DNA from: Terriglobales bacterium
GTDB taxonomy: Bacteria > Acidobacteriota > Terriglobia > Terriglobales > Acidobacteriaceae
Direction of reading: 5' to 3'
Length of the DNA: 40,858 bases
Assembly (NCBI GenBank): GCA_049521535.1
Contig: JBEKOS010000001.1
Coordinates: forward strand, 1-40,858
Position 1 is the stretch's first letter. Each line of letters starts with the position of its first letter. Below, one piece after another: positions 1 to 8,495 of the stretch. The notes beneath the pieces are model-generated. The model saw nothing but the letters and a program-made list of their open reading frames with translations, did not search any database and had not been told where the DNA came from. The translations under genes and the position numbers were made by a program.

Positions 1-1
1 C

Positions 2-184
2 GCCGAGTCCGCTGTCTGCGCTTATCTCTCCTGGATTGCCCTGATTGGTGTGGGAATCAATGGAGTATGGCATGTTAGGATGGCGGACCCCGCTGCGGCG
101 TTGGCGGTCGTGCCGATTATTCTGTACGAAGGCAGGGAAGCGCTGCGGGGTCGGCCCTGTGGCTGCGGCGCGTGCGGAATATAA
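2..184 (+). CDS. 3' fragment (cut by window edge) of a membrane transporter; CDF-like cation transporter suspected
   Basis: Frame 2 is open from the window edge to TAA at 182-184. The tail ...WIALIGVGINGVWHVRMADPAAALAVVPIILYEGREALRGRPCGCGACGI looks like a last TM helix plus short Cys-rich cytoplasmic tail. It is partial, so the family call is weak. Confidence 0.35.
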   Translation, partial: AESAVCAYLSWIALIGVGINGVWHVRMADPAAALAVVPIILYEGREALRGRPCGCGACGI

Positions 185-236
185 TGGGTGAAGTGTGAGT
201 TCCCATTTTCCGCCGCGGAAGCTCCGGGGTGTCATC

Positions 237-1328
237 ATGCGGAAAAGGTTCTGTTTAGACACGAGAAACAAGGGAGCGAGGGCCAGGGCCCTTTTTCCTG
301 CATTGCTGTTCGTTCTTTTAGGTTTACTGGTCCTGGGCACGTTCGCCGTTGCCGATTCACCACCGTCAAACACCGCACTGCAACCCATGACCAAGGAGAC
401 GCGCATGCTGGTAATCCGCAGTCTCAACGCGGAATTGGTTTATGTGCGGCACGTCCTCCCGCAGGGCACCAAGTGGATTACGGTCAAAGATCAGAAAATT
501 ATTGCGCCCGACGAAGGCGAACTCCAACGGCTGGTGTCCACGTTTGGCCCGGCGGTCAAGCCGGGAGATCGCGCCATGATCTCAAATATCCTGATAAAGG
601 AAAAAAGCATTCTTTTCGAAATCAACGGCGGTCCCAAGAAGAAAACCAAGTGGTATCAACACGTGCAGATTTCGGCAGGCAGCACGCCGCTCAGTCCTAC
701 CGAGGATGCCACAAAGAACCCACACGGATCCATGATCGAGCTTCTGTTCGATACGCAATTTGTTCCCGAGTTGACTGGCGACCAGATCCGCGACCTGCTC
801 CACCCGGTATTCGATTTCAAGGCCCAGTCCGCCGCCGAAGCCTACATGGAATCGGTACCACCGCAGGTGAAGGAGGCGATCAAGAATCACGAGATTCTGG
901 TGGGCATGAATCGGGAAATGGTGGATTATGCAAAGGGCCGTCCTGACCGCAAGATCCGTGAACAGGATGCCGCTACCGGCAAGGATTATGAGGAATGGTT
1001 ATATGGACAGCCGCCGGCGGAAGTGCAGTTTGTGCGTTTTCATGGAGATGAAGTTGTGCGGCTGGAGATCATGCGGGTGAACGGCGAGAAGGTCATCCGC
1101 ACGGAGAAGGAAGTTGACCTGAAGCCTATCGTCGCCGAAGAGAAAGAGAAGCCAAGCCCGGTGCCGGCGAGCCGCCCCACGCTCCTTCGACCCGGCGAGC
1201 AGGCGCAGAACCAGCAGCAATTGCCCAAGGGTTCAGTGGACAATACCGTTCCCAGCGGCGAGCCAACGTCGCTGCCGTCACCCGGAAAAGGACCACCAGC
1301 CTTCCCCGCCCCGGTTTTTGGCGGATAG
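237..1328 (+). CDS. hypothetical secreted or membrane-anchored protein with Pro/Gln-rich C-terminus
   Basis: ATG at 237 lies inside ORF 195..1328. A basic N-terminus is followed by a hydrophobic helix (ALFPALLFVLLGLLVLGTFAVA). The tail is low-complexity and P-rich. No family recognised. Confidence 0.6.
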   Translation: MRKRFCLDTRNKGARARALFPALLFVLLGLLVLGTFAVADSPPSNTALQPMTKETRMLVIRSLNAELVYVRHVLPQGTKWITVKDQKIIAPDEGELQRLVSTFGPAVKPGDRAMISNILIKEKSILFEINGGPKKKTKWYQHVQISAGSTPLSPTEDATKNPHGSMIELLFDTQFVPELTGDQIRDLLHPVFDFKAQSAAEAYMESVPPQVKEAIKNHEILVGMNREMVDYAKGRPDRKIREQDAATGKDYEEWLYGQPPAEVQFVRFHGDEVVRLEIMRVNGEKVIRTEKEVDLKPIVAEEKEKPSPVPASRPTLLRPGEQAQNQQQLPKGSVDNTVPSGEPTSLPSPGKGPPAFPAPVFGG

Positions 1329-1377
1329 GCCAGCCGATTCATCGGGCGCAGAGCTTTCCAGTTGATAAACTGATTCC

Positions 1378-3021
1378 GTGAAGGTTGCGCTCGCCCAGAT
1401 TAACTCCACCGTCGGCGATTTCACCGGAAACTCAGGCCGGATCATTGATTTCTCCCGCCGCGCACAGGCAGCCGGTGCTGCATTGGTCTTATTTCCTGAG
1501 ATGTCGGTGTGCGGATACCCAGCACGCGACCTGGTGGAGATGCCGGCGTTTGTGGCTCGCAATGAAGAGGTAGTCCGCCAGATCGCCGCCGAGACCGCGG
1601 GGGTTACGGTGATTTGCGGCTTCGCCAGCCGGGCGCACGAGCAGACGGGCAAGTCAGTGATGAATTCCGCCGCCGTGCTGCAAAACGGCAAATTGGCCAT
1701 GGTGCAGTCGAAACGGCTGCTGCCTACCTACGATGTTTTTGATGAGATGCGTAACTTTGCGCCCGCGGAGCGGCAGTCATTGCTGCCCTGCAATGGCAAA
1801 CAAATGGCGCTGACCGTTTGTGAAGACGCCTGGAATGACAAGTCCTTCTGGAATCGCCGGCTCTATGAAGCCGACCCGGTGGAGGAATTGGTGCGTGCCG
1901 GGGGCAACTTCCTGTTGAACATTGCGGCTTCCCCCTTCTATCTCGGAAAGCGGAGATTGCGGCGCGAGATGCTCGCTTCGCTGGCCAGGCGTCACCGGAT
2001 TCCGGTAGCCATGTGCAACCTGGTCGGTGGCAATGACAGCCTGGTGTTTGATGGTTCCAGCCTCGTCCTCAACGCTGACGGCGAGGTGGTTGCAGAAGCA
2101 CTGTCGTTCGAGGAGGACCTGGTTCTGTTCGACACCGAATCCATGACTGGCGAGATGCATGGACAGGTTTCCGGTGAGGAGGCCAAGGCTTATGCGGCCC
2201 TGGTGCTCGGAACACGCGATTATGTGCGCAAGTGCGGATTCAAGCGCGTTCTGATCGGATTGAGCGGGGGAATCGATTCGGCGCTAACCGCTGCTATCGC
2301 CGTGGATGCACTGGGCCGGGAGAATGTTACCGGAATACTCATGCCGGGACCCTATTCCTCGCATGGCAGCGTTGAGGATGCTAGTGTGCTGGCTTCGAAT
2401 CTGGGCATCTGTATCGAACATATCCCGATTACCGGCATATTTGAGTCTTATGTCAAGGTGCTCCAGTCGCTGTTTGCCGGGCACAAGGTTGATGCAACGG
2501 AAGAGAATATCCAGGCGCGCATCCGCGGCAACCTGCTTATGGCGCTGTCCAACAAATTCGGCAGTCTGGTTTTGACTACCGGCAACAAGTCTGAGTGGGC
2601 AGTCGGATACTGCACACTCTATGGCGATATGGCAGGCGGGTTGGCCGTGATCTCAGACGTGCCCAAAACGATGGTATACCGCCTGGCAGAATATGTGAAT
2701 TCCAAGCGGCCAAACATGATCCCCAGTTCGACCATCGAGAAGCCGCCCTCCGCCGAGTTGCGCCCGGATCAGAAGGATCAGGACACGCTGCCTCCCTACG
2801 ACGTCCTGGACACGATTCTGGAGGGCTATGTTGAGGATTACTGCACTGCGGAGCAGATTGCCTCCGCCCACAATTACGACTTGCAATTGGTGCGATCGGT
2901 AATTCGCATGGTGGACAGCGTTGAATACAAGCGGCAACAGGCCTCACCCGGACTCAAGATCACGGAGCGGGCATTCGGCGTGGGGCGGCGGTTTCCCATA
3001 GCCGCGAAACACGAAATCTGA
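1378..3021 (+). CDS. nadE: glutamine-dependent NAD+ synthetase
   Basis: 547 aa with a GTG start. N-terminal CN-hydrolase/glutaminase domain (MKVALAQIN..., FPEMSVCGY) plus a C-terminal NAD synthetase PP-loop (GLSGGIDSA). Confidence 0.95.
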   Translation: MKVALAQINSTVGDFTGNSGRIIDFSRRAQAAGAALVLFPEMSVCGYPARDLVEMPAFVARNEEVVRQIAAETAGVTVICGFASRAHEQTGKSVMNSAAVLQNGKLAMVQSKRLLPTYDVFDEMRNFAPAERQSLLPCNGKQMALTVCEDAWNDKSFWNRRLYEADPVEELVRAGGNFLLNIAASPFYLGKRRLRREMLASLARRHRIPVAMCNLVGGNDSLVFDGSSLVLNADGEVVAEALSFEEDLVLFDTESMTGEMHGQVSGEEAKAYAALVLGTRDYVRKCGFKRVLIGLSGGIDSALTAAIAVDALGRENVTGILMPGPYSSHGSVEDASVLASNLGICIEHIPITGIFESYVKVLQSLFAGHKVDATEENIQARIRGNLLMALSNKFGSLVLTTGNKSEWAVGYCTLYGDMAGGLAVISDVPKTMVYRLAEYVNSKRPNMIPSSTIEKPPSAELRPDQKDQDTLPPYDVLDTILEGYVEDYCTAEQIASAHNYDLQLVRSVIRMVDSVEYKRQQASPGLKITERAFGVGRRFPIAAKHEI

Positions 3022-3096
3022 CTATTTGTAGTTGGCAATTTGTAATTTGCAAATGGCGCCGCAACACGACATCATTTGCAGGCTGCCGGGACTGAC

Positions 3097-4542
3097 ATGA
3101 AACACGAAGTCGGGAAATTAGCGCCCACGGTTGCCGTGGTTGGCGGTGGACTGGCGGGTCTGGCCGCCGGCACTGCCCTGGCGAGCGCCGGCTTCAAGGT
3201 CACACTGCTTGAGCGCAAGCCTTTCCTGGGAGGACGCGCCTCGTCCTATGAACTTCCCGGTGCCGACGAGGTCGTGGACAATTGCCAGCATGTTGTGCTC
3301 GGCTGTTGCACCAACCTGATCGACTTTTACCGTCGCATCGGCGCCAGCGATCTGGTGCGCTGGTACGACCATCTTACCTTCATTGAACCGGGCGGACGGC
3401 AGTCTGTCATTTCCCCGAGTTGGCTGCCGGCGCCGTTTCACGCGGCGCGGTCCTTCCTGCGTGCGCCGATGCTTGCAGGTCCGGACAAAAGGGCAATCGC
3501 TCGGGCCCTGGCCGCGTTTGCATCGAGATTGCCTGCCGATGATGGAAGGCCATTTTCCCAATGGCTGCTTGACCGGGGACAGTCCGCAGGCGCCATTGAG
3601 CACTTTTGGAAACCAGTACTGGTGAGTTCTCTGAATGAGGACCTGGAGCGCATTTCCCTGCCGGCTGCCGCCCTCGTTTTTCGCGAGTCGTTCATGAAAT
3701 CTGCGCAGGGCGGCCGCATGGGACTACCGCGGGTTCCGCTGTCCGATCTCTACTCGCGGGCGGGAGAGTATATCCGGGCAAATGGCGGCACAATCGAAAT
3801 GCGCGCCGCCGTGGAGCAAGTGGAGCCTTTTCAGGAGAAGGTCTTGTTTGCCCCGCGACTGTATGCCAGAGTCTCCGTGAACAACGTATCACAAATGTTT
3901 GACTACGCGGTTTCTGCGCTGCCCTTCGATCAGTTGATGCGGATTCTGCCTGACGTACCGGAGCTACAGGGCTTACGCACCCAGTTGGGGCGTTTTGAAA
4001 CCACGCCAATAACCGGCATTCATATCTGGTTTGACCGCCAGATCACGAAGCTCGATCACGCTGTGCTGCTGGATCGCACCATTCAATGGATGTTTCATAA
4101 GTCTCGGATACTGGGGACCCATCGCCAGGACGGTAGCGAAGGCACGAATGGTAGCTACGTCGAACTTGTGGTCAGCGCATCCAAGTCGCTGGTGGACCTA
4201 TCCCGCAAGGAAATTATTGAAATGGCGATTCAGGAATTGGTGGAATTTTTCCCTGCGGTCTGGGAGGCACGTCCGCTCAAAGCGACCGTCGTAAAAGAAA
4301 TCAACGCGACGTTTGCGCCACTGCCTGGCGTGGATGCAAATCGCCCACCAGCGCAAACTCCATGGCCCCGCGTTTTTCTCGCCGGGGACTGGACTGCCAC
4401 CGGCTGGCCGGCAACTATGGAAAGCGCAGTCCGCAGCGGATATCTGGCGGCGGAGGCAATCTGCCGCACCGAAGGAACTCACCAGCGCTTCCTTGTGCCT
4501 GATCTGCCACCTTCGGGATTCATGCGGCTCCTCGGTAATTGA
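3097..4542 (+). CDS. FAD-dependent oxidoreductase, HpnE-like (hydroxysqualene dehydroxylase family)
   Basis: Rossmann motif VAVVGGGLAGLAAG, LGGRA, and the block DNCQHVVLGCCTNL typical of HpnE-type amine-oxidase-fold enzymes. ATG 3097 is preferred over TTG 3076. Confidence 0.7.
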   Translation: MKHEVGKLAPTVAVVGGGLAGLAAGTALASAGFKVTLLERKPFLGGRASSYELPGADEVVDNCQHVVLGCCTNLIDFYRRIGASDLVRWYDHLTFIEPGGRQSVISPSWLPAPFHAARSFLRAPMLAGPDKRAIARALAAFASRLPADDGRPFSQWLLDRGQSAGAIEHFWKPVLVSSLNEDLERISLPAAALVFRESFMKSAQGGRMGLPRVPLSDLYSRAGEYIRANGGTIEMRAAVEQVEPFQEKVLFAPRLYARVSVNNVSQMFDYAVSALPFDQLMRILPDVPELQGLRTQLGRFETTPITGIHIWFDRQITKLDHAVLLDRTIQWMFHKSRILGTHRQDGSEGTNGSYVELVVSASKSLVDLSRKEIIEMAIQELVEFFPAVWEARPLKATVVKEINATFAPLPGVDANRPPAQTPWPRVFLAGDWTATGWPATMESAVRSGYLAAEAICRTEGTHQRFLVPDLPPSGFMRLLGN

Positions 4543-4578
4543 GACCGTTTCGAGCAGAAGCCGGGTGAAATCAATTTT

Positions 4579-5280
4579 CTATGACTGTTCCTCCAGCATT
4601 GGATTTGCTCGTGACCAATAACGCTGGTACGAGCGGTACACACCATACATCAACGGCAACACGCCGACTGCATACCAACCGATATACATGGATGCCGCGA
4701 GTACAATTGCCGCGAGGCCGGCGCTGAGCACGAAGTAAGGGAAGGTCAGGCTGAAAATCTCGCGCCACACTTTCGAGAATCCCGCCTCGGCAGTCGGATC
4801 CGTTGCCGCTATTACCAGTGAGACCGGAAGCGTATCGCCGAGGAAGAACGCTGCAGTCGAGGCCATAACCAACAGCGCGCCGGTCGCAACTGGAAGGTGA
4901 TGGGCTTGATGGAAGGCCAGTCCGGCAAATCCCGTGGCGTTTAACACATTACAAACGTTGAAAATGATCTGAACGGGCCGCTGACGATGTTTGCCAGGCA
5001 AGCACTGCACCAGAGTGGAAAGTCCGGCTACTGCCAGTGCCTCACCAAAGCTGAGTCCTGCCAGCGCGACCAGTATGAAGGGCAGATTCATGGACATGGA
5101 GCCTTCTAGCCCCGGCAGTGTGACCTTGAATCGCGCAGCTACGCCAGCTATCAAAAGGAGAATGCCGAATCTGGTCGCGTCTGCGGAATGAAATCCCCGC
5201 AGGCCGGCGCCCATCACCGCCAGGCTGCATAACACCACTGCGCCGATTATGAGTGTTGCGAACCGTGAGCTCTTTAGCAT
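4579..5280 (-). CDS. polytopic (~6 TM) membrane protein, unknown family; paralogue of 7714..8439
   Basis: 233 aa. AAGGAGG lies 5 nt upstream of the ATG, and the gene starts 32 nt downstream of subtilase 1. Blocks shared with the paralogue: PGLEGSMS-NLPFIL-ALA-LSFGEA, LSTLVQCLP, RPVQ, AFHQA, WREIF-LTFPYFVLS, YGVYRSY. Confidence 0.8.
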   Translation of the reverse strand: MLKSSRFATLIIGAVVLCSLAVMGAGLRGFHSADATRFGILLLIAGVAARFKVTLPGLEGSMSMNLPFILVALAGLSFGEALAVAGLSTLVQCLPGKHRQRPVQIIFNVCNVLNATGFAGLAFHQAHHLPVATGALLVMASTAAFFLGDTLPVSLVIAATDPTAEAGFSKVWREIFSLTFPYFVLSAGLAAIVLAASMYIGWYAVGVLPLMYGVYRSYQRYWSRANPMLEEQS

Positions 5281-5312
5281 GGGATCCTCCTTTCTAGGCC
5301 ATGCTCACGGTC

Positions 5313-7082
5313 TTAGTTTTCGCCGTAGATTGCGACCGTTGAACTCTCGCTATCATCAGTGGTGCTCTTACCCCAGACGACTGACTGCCCCCAGACTGTG
5401 CCGAATCCCTGGCTGGAACTTGTGCCCCAGACAGCAGCATTGCCCCAGAGGACACCGTCGTCGTTGAGCAAAGCTTGGGTGCCCCAAACATTCGTTTCCG
5501 ACCACGCTCCCGAAGTGGACCAGACGGCGGGCGCTTCGGTAACCAGGGTGACGGTCGTACTTCCGTTCTTGGTGCTGTAGTTCACGGGCGGCGACATGGC
5601 GGCGCCGACAGTATTGGGCGCCAATGCACTGCTGTTCAGCGCGGTCTGAATGTCGAGGTATCCGGCGCCTATGGTGAACACATCATATTGTTCGTTGTAA
5701 GTAATTCCGGTTGTCGGATCAGTAGCGGTGCTGTACATCGGAAAGGCCTTGTAGGCGCTGATCATCATCCGCGCCTTCACCTGGTCCGGCGTGAGATTAG
5801 GCTGCTGTTGCAACATCAGCGCGGCCGCGCCGCTGACAACGCCGGTGGCCATGCTGGTGCCACTGAGTTGAAAGTACTCGGATGAGGGCGAACTGCTCCC
5901 GCCGGTCTGGTACAGAGAGTATGGGTCTATATTGGCTGGATAGGTGGCGGACAAATACGTTCCCGCTCCATAAAGCGACGTGATGCGATTGCCCGGCGCT
6001 ACGATATCGGGCTTTGCGATGTGGTCCAGGGGCGATGGTCCTTTGGAACTGTAGCTGGTGATTACGTCATCGGCGCGGCTAAGTGTTCCCATGGTATTCA
6101 TGGCGCCGACGGTAATCACGTAAGGGTCATTGCCCGGCGCATCGATGGTGAGATACCCATTCGTGTTAAATGTGGTATCACGTCCGTCGTTGCCAGCAGC
6201 GACTACCACCACGATTCCAGCTTTCCAGGCCGATTCGACGGCCTGGCAAAGCGGATCCTGCGCATAGCTTTCCTCTACGGGGCGTCCCAGCGATAGGTTG
6301 ATAACTCGAATGTTATAGGTTTTCTTGAGATTGATTGCCTGTGAAATTGCATTGATGACGTCGCTGTCCTGGCCCGCACCGGTTCCATTCAGGACACGGA
6401 GGTTTACCAGGTTTACATTCGGCGCGACCCCATCGAAGGTATAAAAATACTGGCTTCCGGTCGAATCCTTGCCGTCACCCCCGATGATGCCGGCCACGTG
6501 GGTCCCATGACCGTAAGTGTCATTTGCGCTTCCGCCGGCATTGTTAACCAGATTCTGACTGTAAACCACGCGGTTTCCCAGGTCGGCGACGTTCATCACG
6601 CCGCTGTCAATTACGGCCACTCCAATGCCGCTGCCATTAAGGCCCAGGTTCCAGGCGTAACTGGCGCTCACCGCCTCAGGATAGTAATCCAGCGTCAGCG
6701 ACGAACTGGTGCTCATGGACTGTAAATGACGATCGGGCGAAATGTAAGCGACCTCCGGCTCCTTGCTCAGTTCCTCCAGGGTGCTGGCAGGGATCGAGAA
6801 CTTGCCGGCCTTGATGAAATCGAAGCGAGTCCGCAGCGTCCCGCCGTGTGCACGCACCTTGTTAAAATGCCGTTCGGTAGGCGCCGTGATGAATTGGATA
6901 ATCACGTCAACTGGCGCAGCACTCGATAGGTCAAGGTCGCTTGCCAACTTCGCCGACGCGGCTGCCCTCGCGGGCGAAGGGCTGGACGCCGGGTGTGACT
7001 CTGCACCAAAGGCCGGAATGACGGCCGTGGTGATCATCAATACTGTTGCGATTAGCCATGAAAATGTGTTGTTTCTAGTCAT
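5313..7082 (-). CDS. secreted S8 (subtilisin-family) serine peptidase with I9-like propeptide and C-terminal W-G repeat tail (cassette 1)
   Basis: Signal peptide MTRNNTFSWLIATVLMITTAVIPAFG. Catalytic motifs VAVIDSGV, HGTHVAGIIGG, INLSLG and SGTSMATGVVSG. The ATG at 7082 aligns with the paralogue start, and the TTG extension to 7121 is disfavoured. Confidence 0.9.
   Translation of the reverse strand: MTRNNTFSWLIATVLMITTAVIPAFGAESHPASSPSPARAAASAKLASDLDLSSAAPVDVIIQFITAPTERHFNKVRAHGGTLRTRFDFIKAGKFSIPASTLEELSKEPEVAYISPDRHLQSMSTSSSLTLDYYPEAVSASYAWNLGLNGSGIGVAVIDSGVMNVADLGNRVVYSQNLVNNAGGSANDTYGHGTHVAGIIGGDGKDSTGSQYFYTFDGVAPNVNLVNLRVLNGTGAGQDSDVINAISQAINLKKTYNIRVINLSLGRPVEESYAQDPLCQAVESAWKAGIVVVVAAGNDGRDTTFNTNGYLTIDAPGNDPYVITVGAMNTMGTLSRADDVITSYSSKGPSPLDHIAKPDIVAPGNRITSLYGAGTYLSATYPANIDPYSLYQTGGSSSPSSEYFQLSGTSMATGVVSGAAALMLQQQPNLTPDQVKARMMISAYKAFPMYSTATDPTTGITYNEQYDVFTIGAGYLDIQTALNSSALAPNTVGAAMSPPVNYSTKNGSTTVTLVTEAPAVWSTSGAWSETNVWGTQALLNDDGVLWGNAAVWGTSSSQGFGTVWGQSVVWGKSTTDDSESSTVAIYGEN
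5316..5528 (-). repeat. coding repeat: seven W-containing short repeats (five WG, two WS) forming the last ~71 aa of subtilase 1
   Basis: AVWSTSG-AWSETN-VWGTQALLNDDG-VLWGNAA-VWGTSSSQGFGT-VWGQSV-VWGKSTTDDSESSTVAIYGEN. On the + strand this appears as recurring GCCCCA(G/A)A motifs. Confidence 0.7.
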
Positions 7083-7124
7083 CGTCCTCTTCCTCTCGTT
7101 GCGAATTTCCTCGAATGTCAATCT

Positions 7125-7382
7125 TCAGTTCTTGTAGAAGTTGGATATGTCAGCATCCTTTGTCTTCCCTTCGATCTCGGCGGCATGATTTGCAGGAATC
7201 GTGGCCTGCATGAGATGGATCAGAGGCGATGCTCGCCGGGGTGCAGCGGGACGGGCGGTTGGCGTTTCCCTTGCAATACGATGGAAACCGAGCGCATTTT
7301 TCGAGGTTCCTTCCGCCGTTACGACCACCAGGAGGGCTGCTACCAGAATTGTGATCGATAGCACCTTGTTCGTCGTTTTCAT
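7125..7382 (-). CDS. small secreted hypothetical protein (85 aa), first gene of cassette 1
   Basis: GGAGG lies 8 nt upstream of the ATG at 7382. Signal-peptide-like N-terminus MKTTNKVLSITILVAALLVVVTAEG. It ends just upstream of the subtilase RBS. There is no counterpart in cassette 2. Confidence 0.55.
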   Translation of the reverse strand: MKTTNKVLSITILVAALLVVVTAEGTSKNALGFHRIARETPTARPAAPRRASPLIHLMQATIPANHAAEIEGKTKDADISNFYKN

Positions 7383-7408
7383 TTTCTAAGCCTCCGCCCT
7401 TCGACAGA

Positions 7409-7425
7409 TTGCACGGACAGTGCCA
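7409..7425 (-). promoter_or_regulatory. sigma54-type -24/-12 promoter of cassette 1
   Basis: The minus strand reads TGGCACTGTCCGTGCAA. GG and GC have exactly the consensus spacing of TGGCAC-N5-TTGCW. 14 of 17 nt are identical to the element at 10341..10357. Confidence 0.6.
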
Positions 7426-7440
7426 GATCCAAGCAAGTCA

Positions 7441-7453
7441 TAAGTTGATGATT
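7441..7453 (-). promoter_or_regulatory. IHF-like site between enhancer and sigma54 promoter (cassette 1)
   Basis: The minus strand reads AATCATCAACTTA against the IHF consensus WATCARNNNNTTR (one mismatch). It lies 16 nt upstream of the -24 element. Confidence 0.45.
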
Positions 7454-7517
7454 CTTATTGAAGGTGGCGTTGCAAGGACCCACGACCTGGGACAAATCGT
7501 CTTTAACTTGCGGACAC

Positions 7518-7536
7518 TTGGGACAATCCGTCCCAA
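7518..7536. promoter_or_regulatory. palindromic putative enhancer/operator TTGGGAC-N5-GTCCCAA (cassette 1)
   Basis: Perfect 7+7 inverted repeat TTGGGACAATCCGTCCCAA. An extra half-site TGGGACAA lies at 7488..7495, 31 bp away. The same motif and spacing occur upstream of cassette 2. Confidence 0.5.
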
Positions 7537-7713
7537 CGACTGATTTTGCGATTGCCTGAGTTCCGCCGGTAATAAAACGCGAGAAAGAACTCGCTGCTAA
7601 GTGACGCTTATGAATGCGGATCAAACGGACACAGACAATCATGACGGTGGAGTGTCCCGATGGGCCAACATTGGATGATGAAGGGAACGGAGGGCGGGAG
7701 AGGACAGAAAGTT

Positions 7714-8439
7714 CTAAACGGATGCGTCGGCGGAGCGGGTGTTAACCTGACCAGATTTCTCGATGCCAGCCCAATAAGCTCGATATGACCGATACACTCC
7801 GTACATGATGGGCAACATGCCCAGGGCGCACCATCCAGCGTACTCTGAGGCCGCGATGACGATACGAGCTACACCCGTGCTTAGCACAAAATAGGGAAAC
7901 GTTAAGCCGAAAATCTCGCGCCAGTTACGAGCCATTCCGCGAAACGGTGCCGCTTCCGTTGCCGCAATGACAATTGCGACAGGAATGGTATCGCTTACGA
8001 AGAATAACGCGGCGGCAGGTACCACCATGAGGGATGCGGCGGCGGCCGGCAAGCCGCCTGCCTGATGAAAAGCTACGCCTGCCAATGCGGTGGCGTTGAC
8101 CATGTTGCAGGTATTGAAGAGAAACTGAACCGGCCGCATCTTGTAGCCGTTACGCGGCAAGCATTGCACCAGGGTCGACAAGAGGGTAATGAGAATCGCC
8201 TCTCCAAAACTGAGTTTGGCGAGCGCGATGAGAATGAAGGGAAGGTTCACTGACATGCTTCCCTCGAGGCCCGGCATTGCAATTCTAAGCCGCGAAGCCA
8301 CGAGTGCCATGGTCAGGAGCACGGTAAAGAAGGTGAAGTCCGCGATCCGAAAGCTCCGCAGCCCGCAGCCGAGTGCCACCAGGCTGCCCAGCAAAACCGC
8401 GCCGACAACCCATCCCGTTAATCGTGAGCTCGTCTTCAT
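7714..8439 (-). CDS. polytopic (~6 TM) membrane protein, unknown family; paralogue of 4579..5280
   Basis: 241 aa, downstream of subtilase 2 after a 124-nt gap. It shares long identical blocks with the 233-aa paralogue, for example 23 of 27 residues in (M/L)PGLEGSMS..LSFGEA. Confidence 0.8.
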   Translation of the reverse strand: MKTSSRLTGWVVGAVLLGSLVALGCGLRSFRIADFTFFTVLLTMALVASRLRIAMPGLEGSMSVNLPFILIALAKLSFGEAILITLLSTLVQCLPRNGYKMRPVQFLFNTCNMVNATALAGVAFHQAGGLPAAAASLMVVPAAALFFVSDTIPVAIVIAATEAAPFRGMARNWREIFGLTFPYFVLSTGVARIVIAASEYAGWCALGMLPIMYGVYRSYRAYWAGIEKSGQVNTRSADASV

Positions 8440-8495
8440 GACGTTTCTCTTCAGTAGCAGGCTGCTATCGACGTGTCCACTCTCACCCTGGGTAA

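Noticed and set aside
3033-3054. TGGCA...TTGCA and the palindrome ATTTGCAAAT between nadE and the hpnE-like gene, as a sigma54 promoter.
   Set aside because: The GG-to-GC distance is 15 nt instead of 12. It may be a small operator or just AT-rich spacer, and there is no supporting second copy.
5313-5528. The subtilase tails as PEP-CTERM, LPXTG, GlyGly-CTERM or T9SS sorting signals, with the membrane paralogues as exosortase/rhombosortase-type enzymes.
   Set aside because: The tails lack a PEP or LPXTG motif, a C-terminal TM helix and a basic end. The membrane proteins are shorter than exosortases, and I cannot see the exosortase motifs. The idea is kept only as a generic 'sorting partner' hypothesis.
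7379-7642. 87-aa minus-strand ORF covering the region upstream of cassette 1.
   Set aside because: It overlaps the sigma54/IHF/palindrome elements, has no RBS, and its composition is not protein-like. The region is better explained as regulatory DNA.
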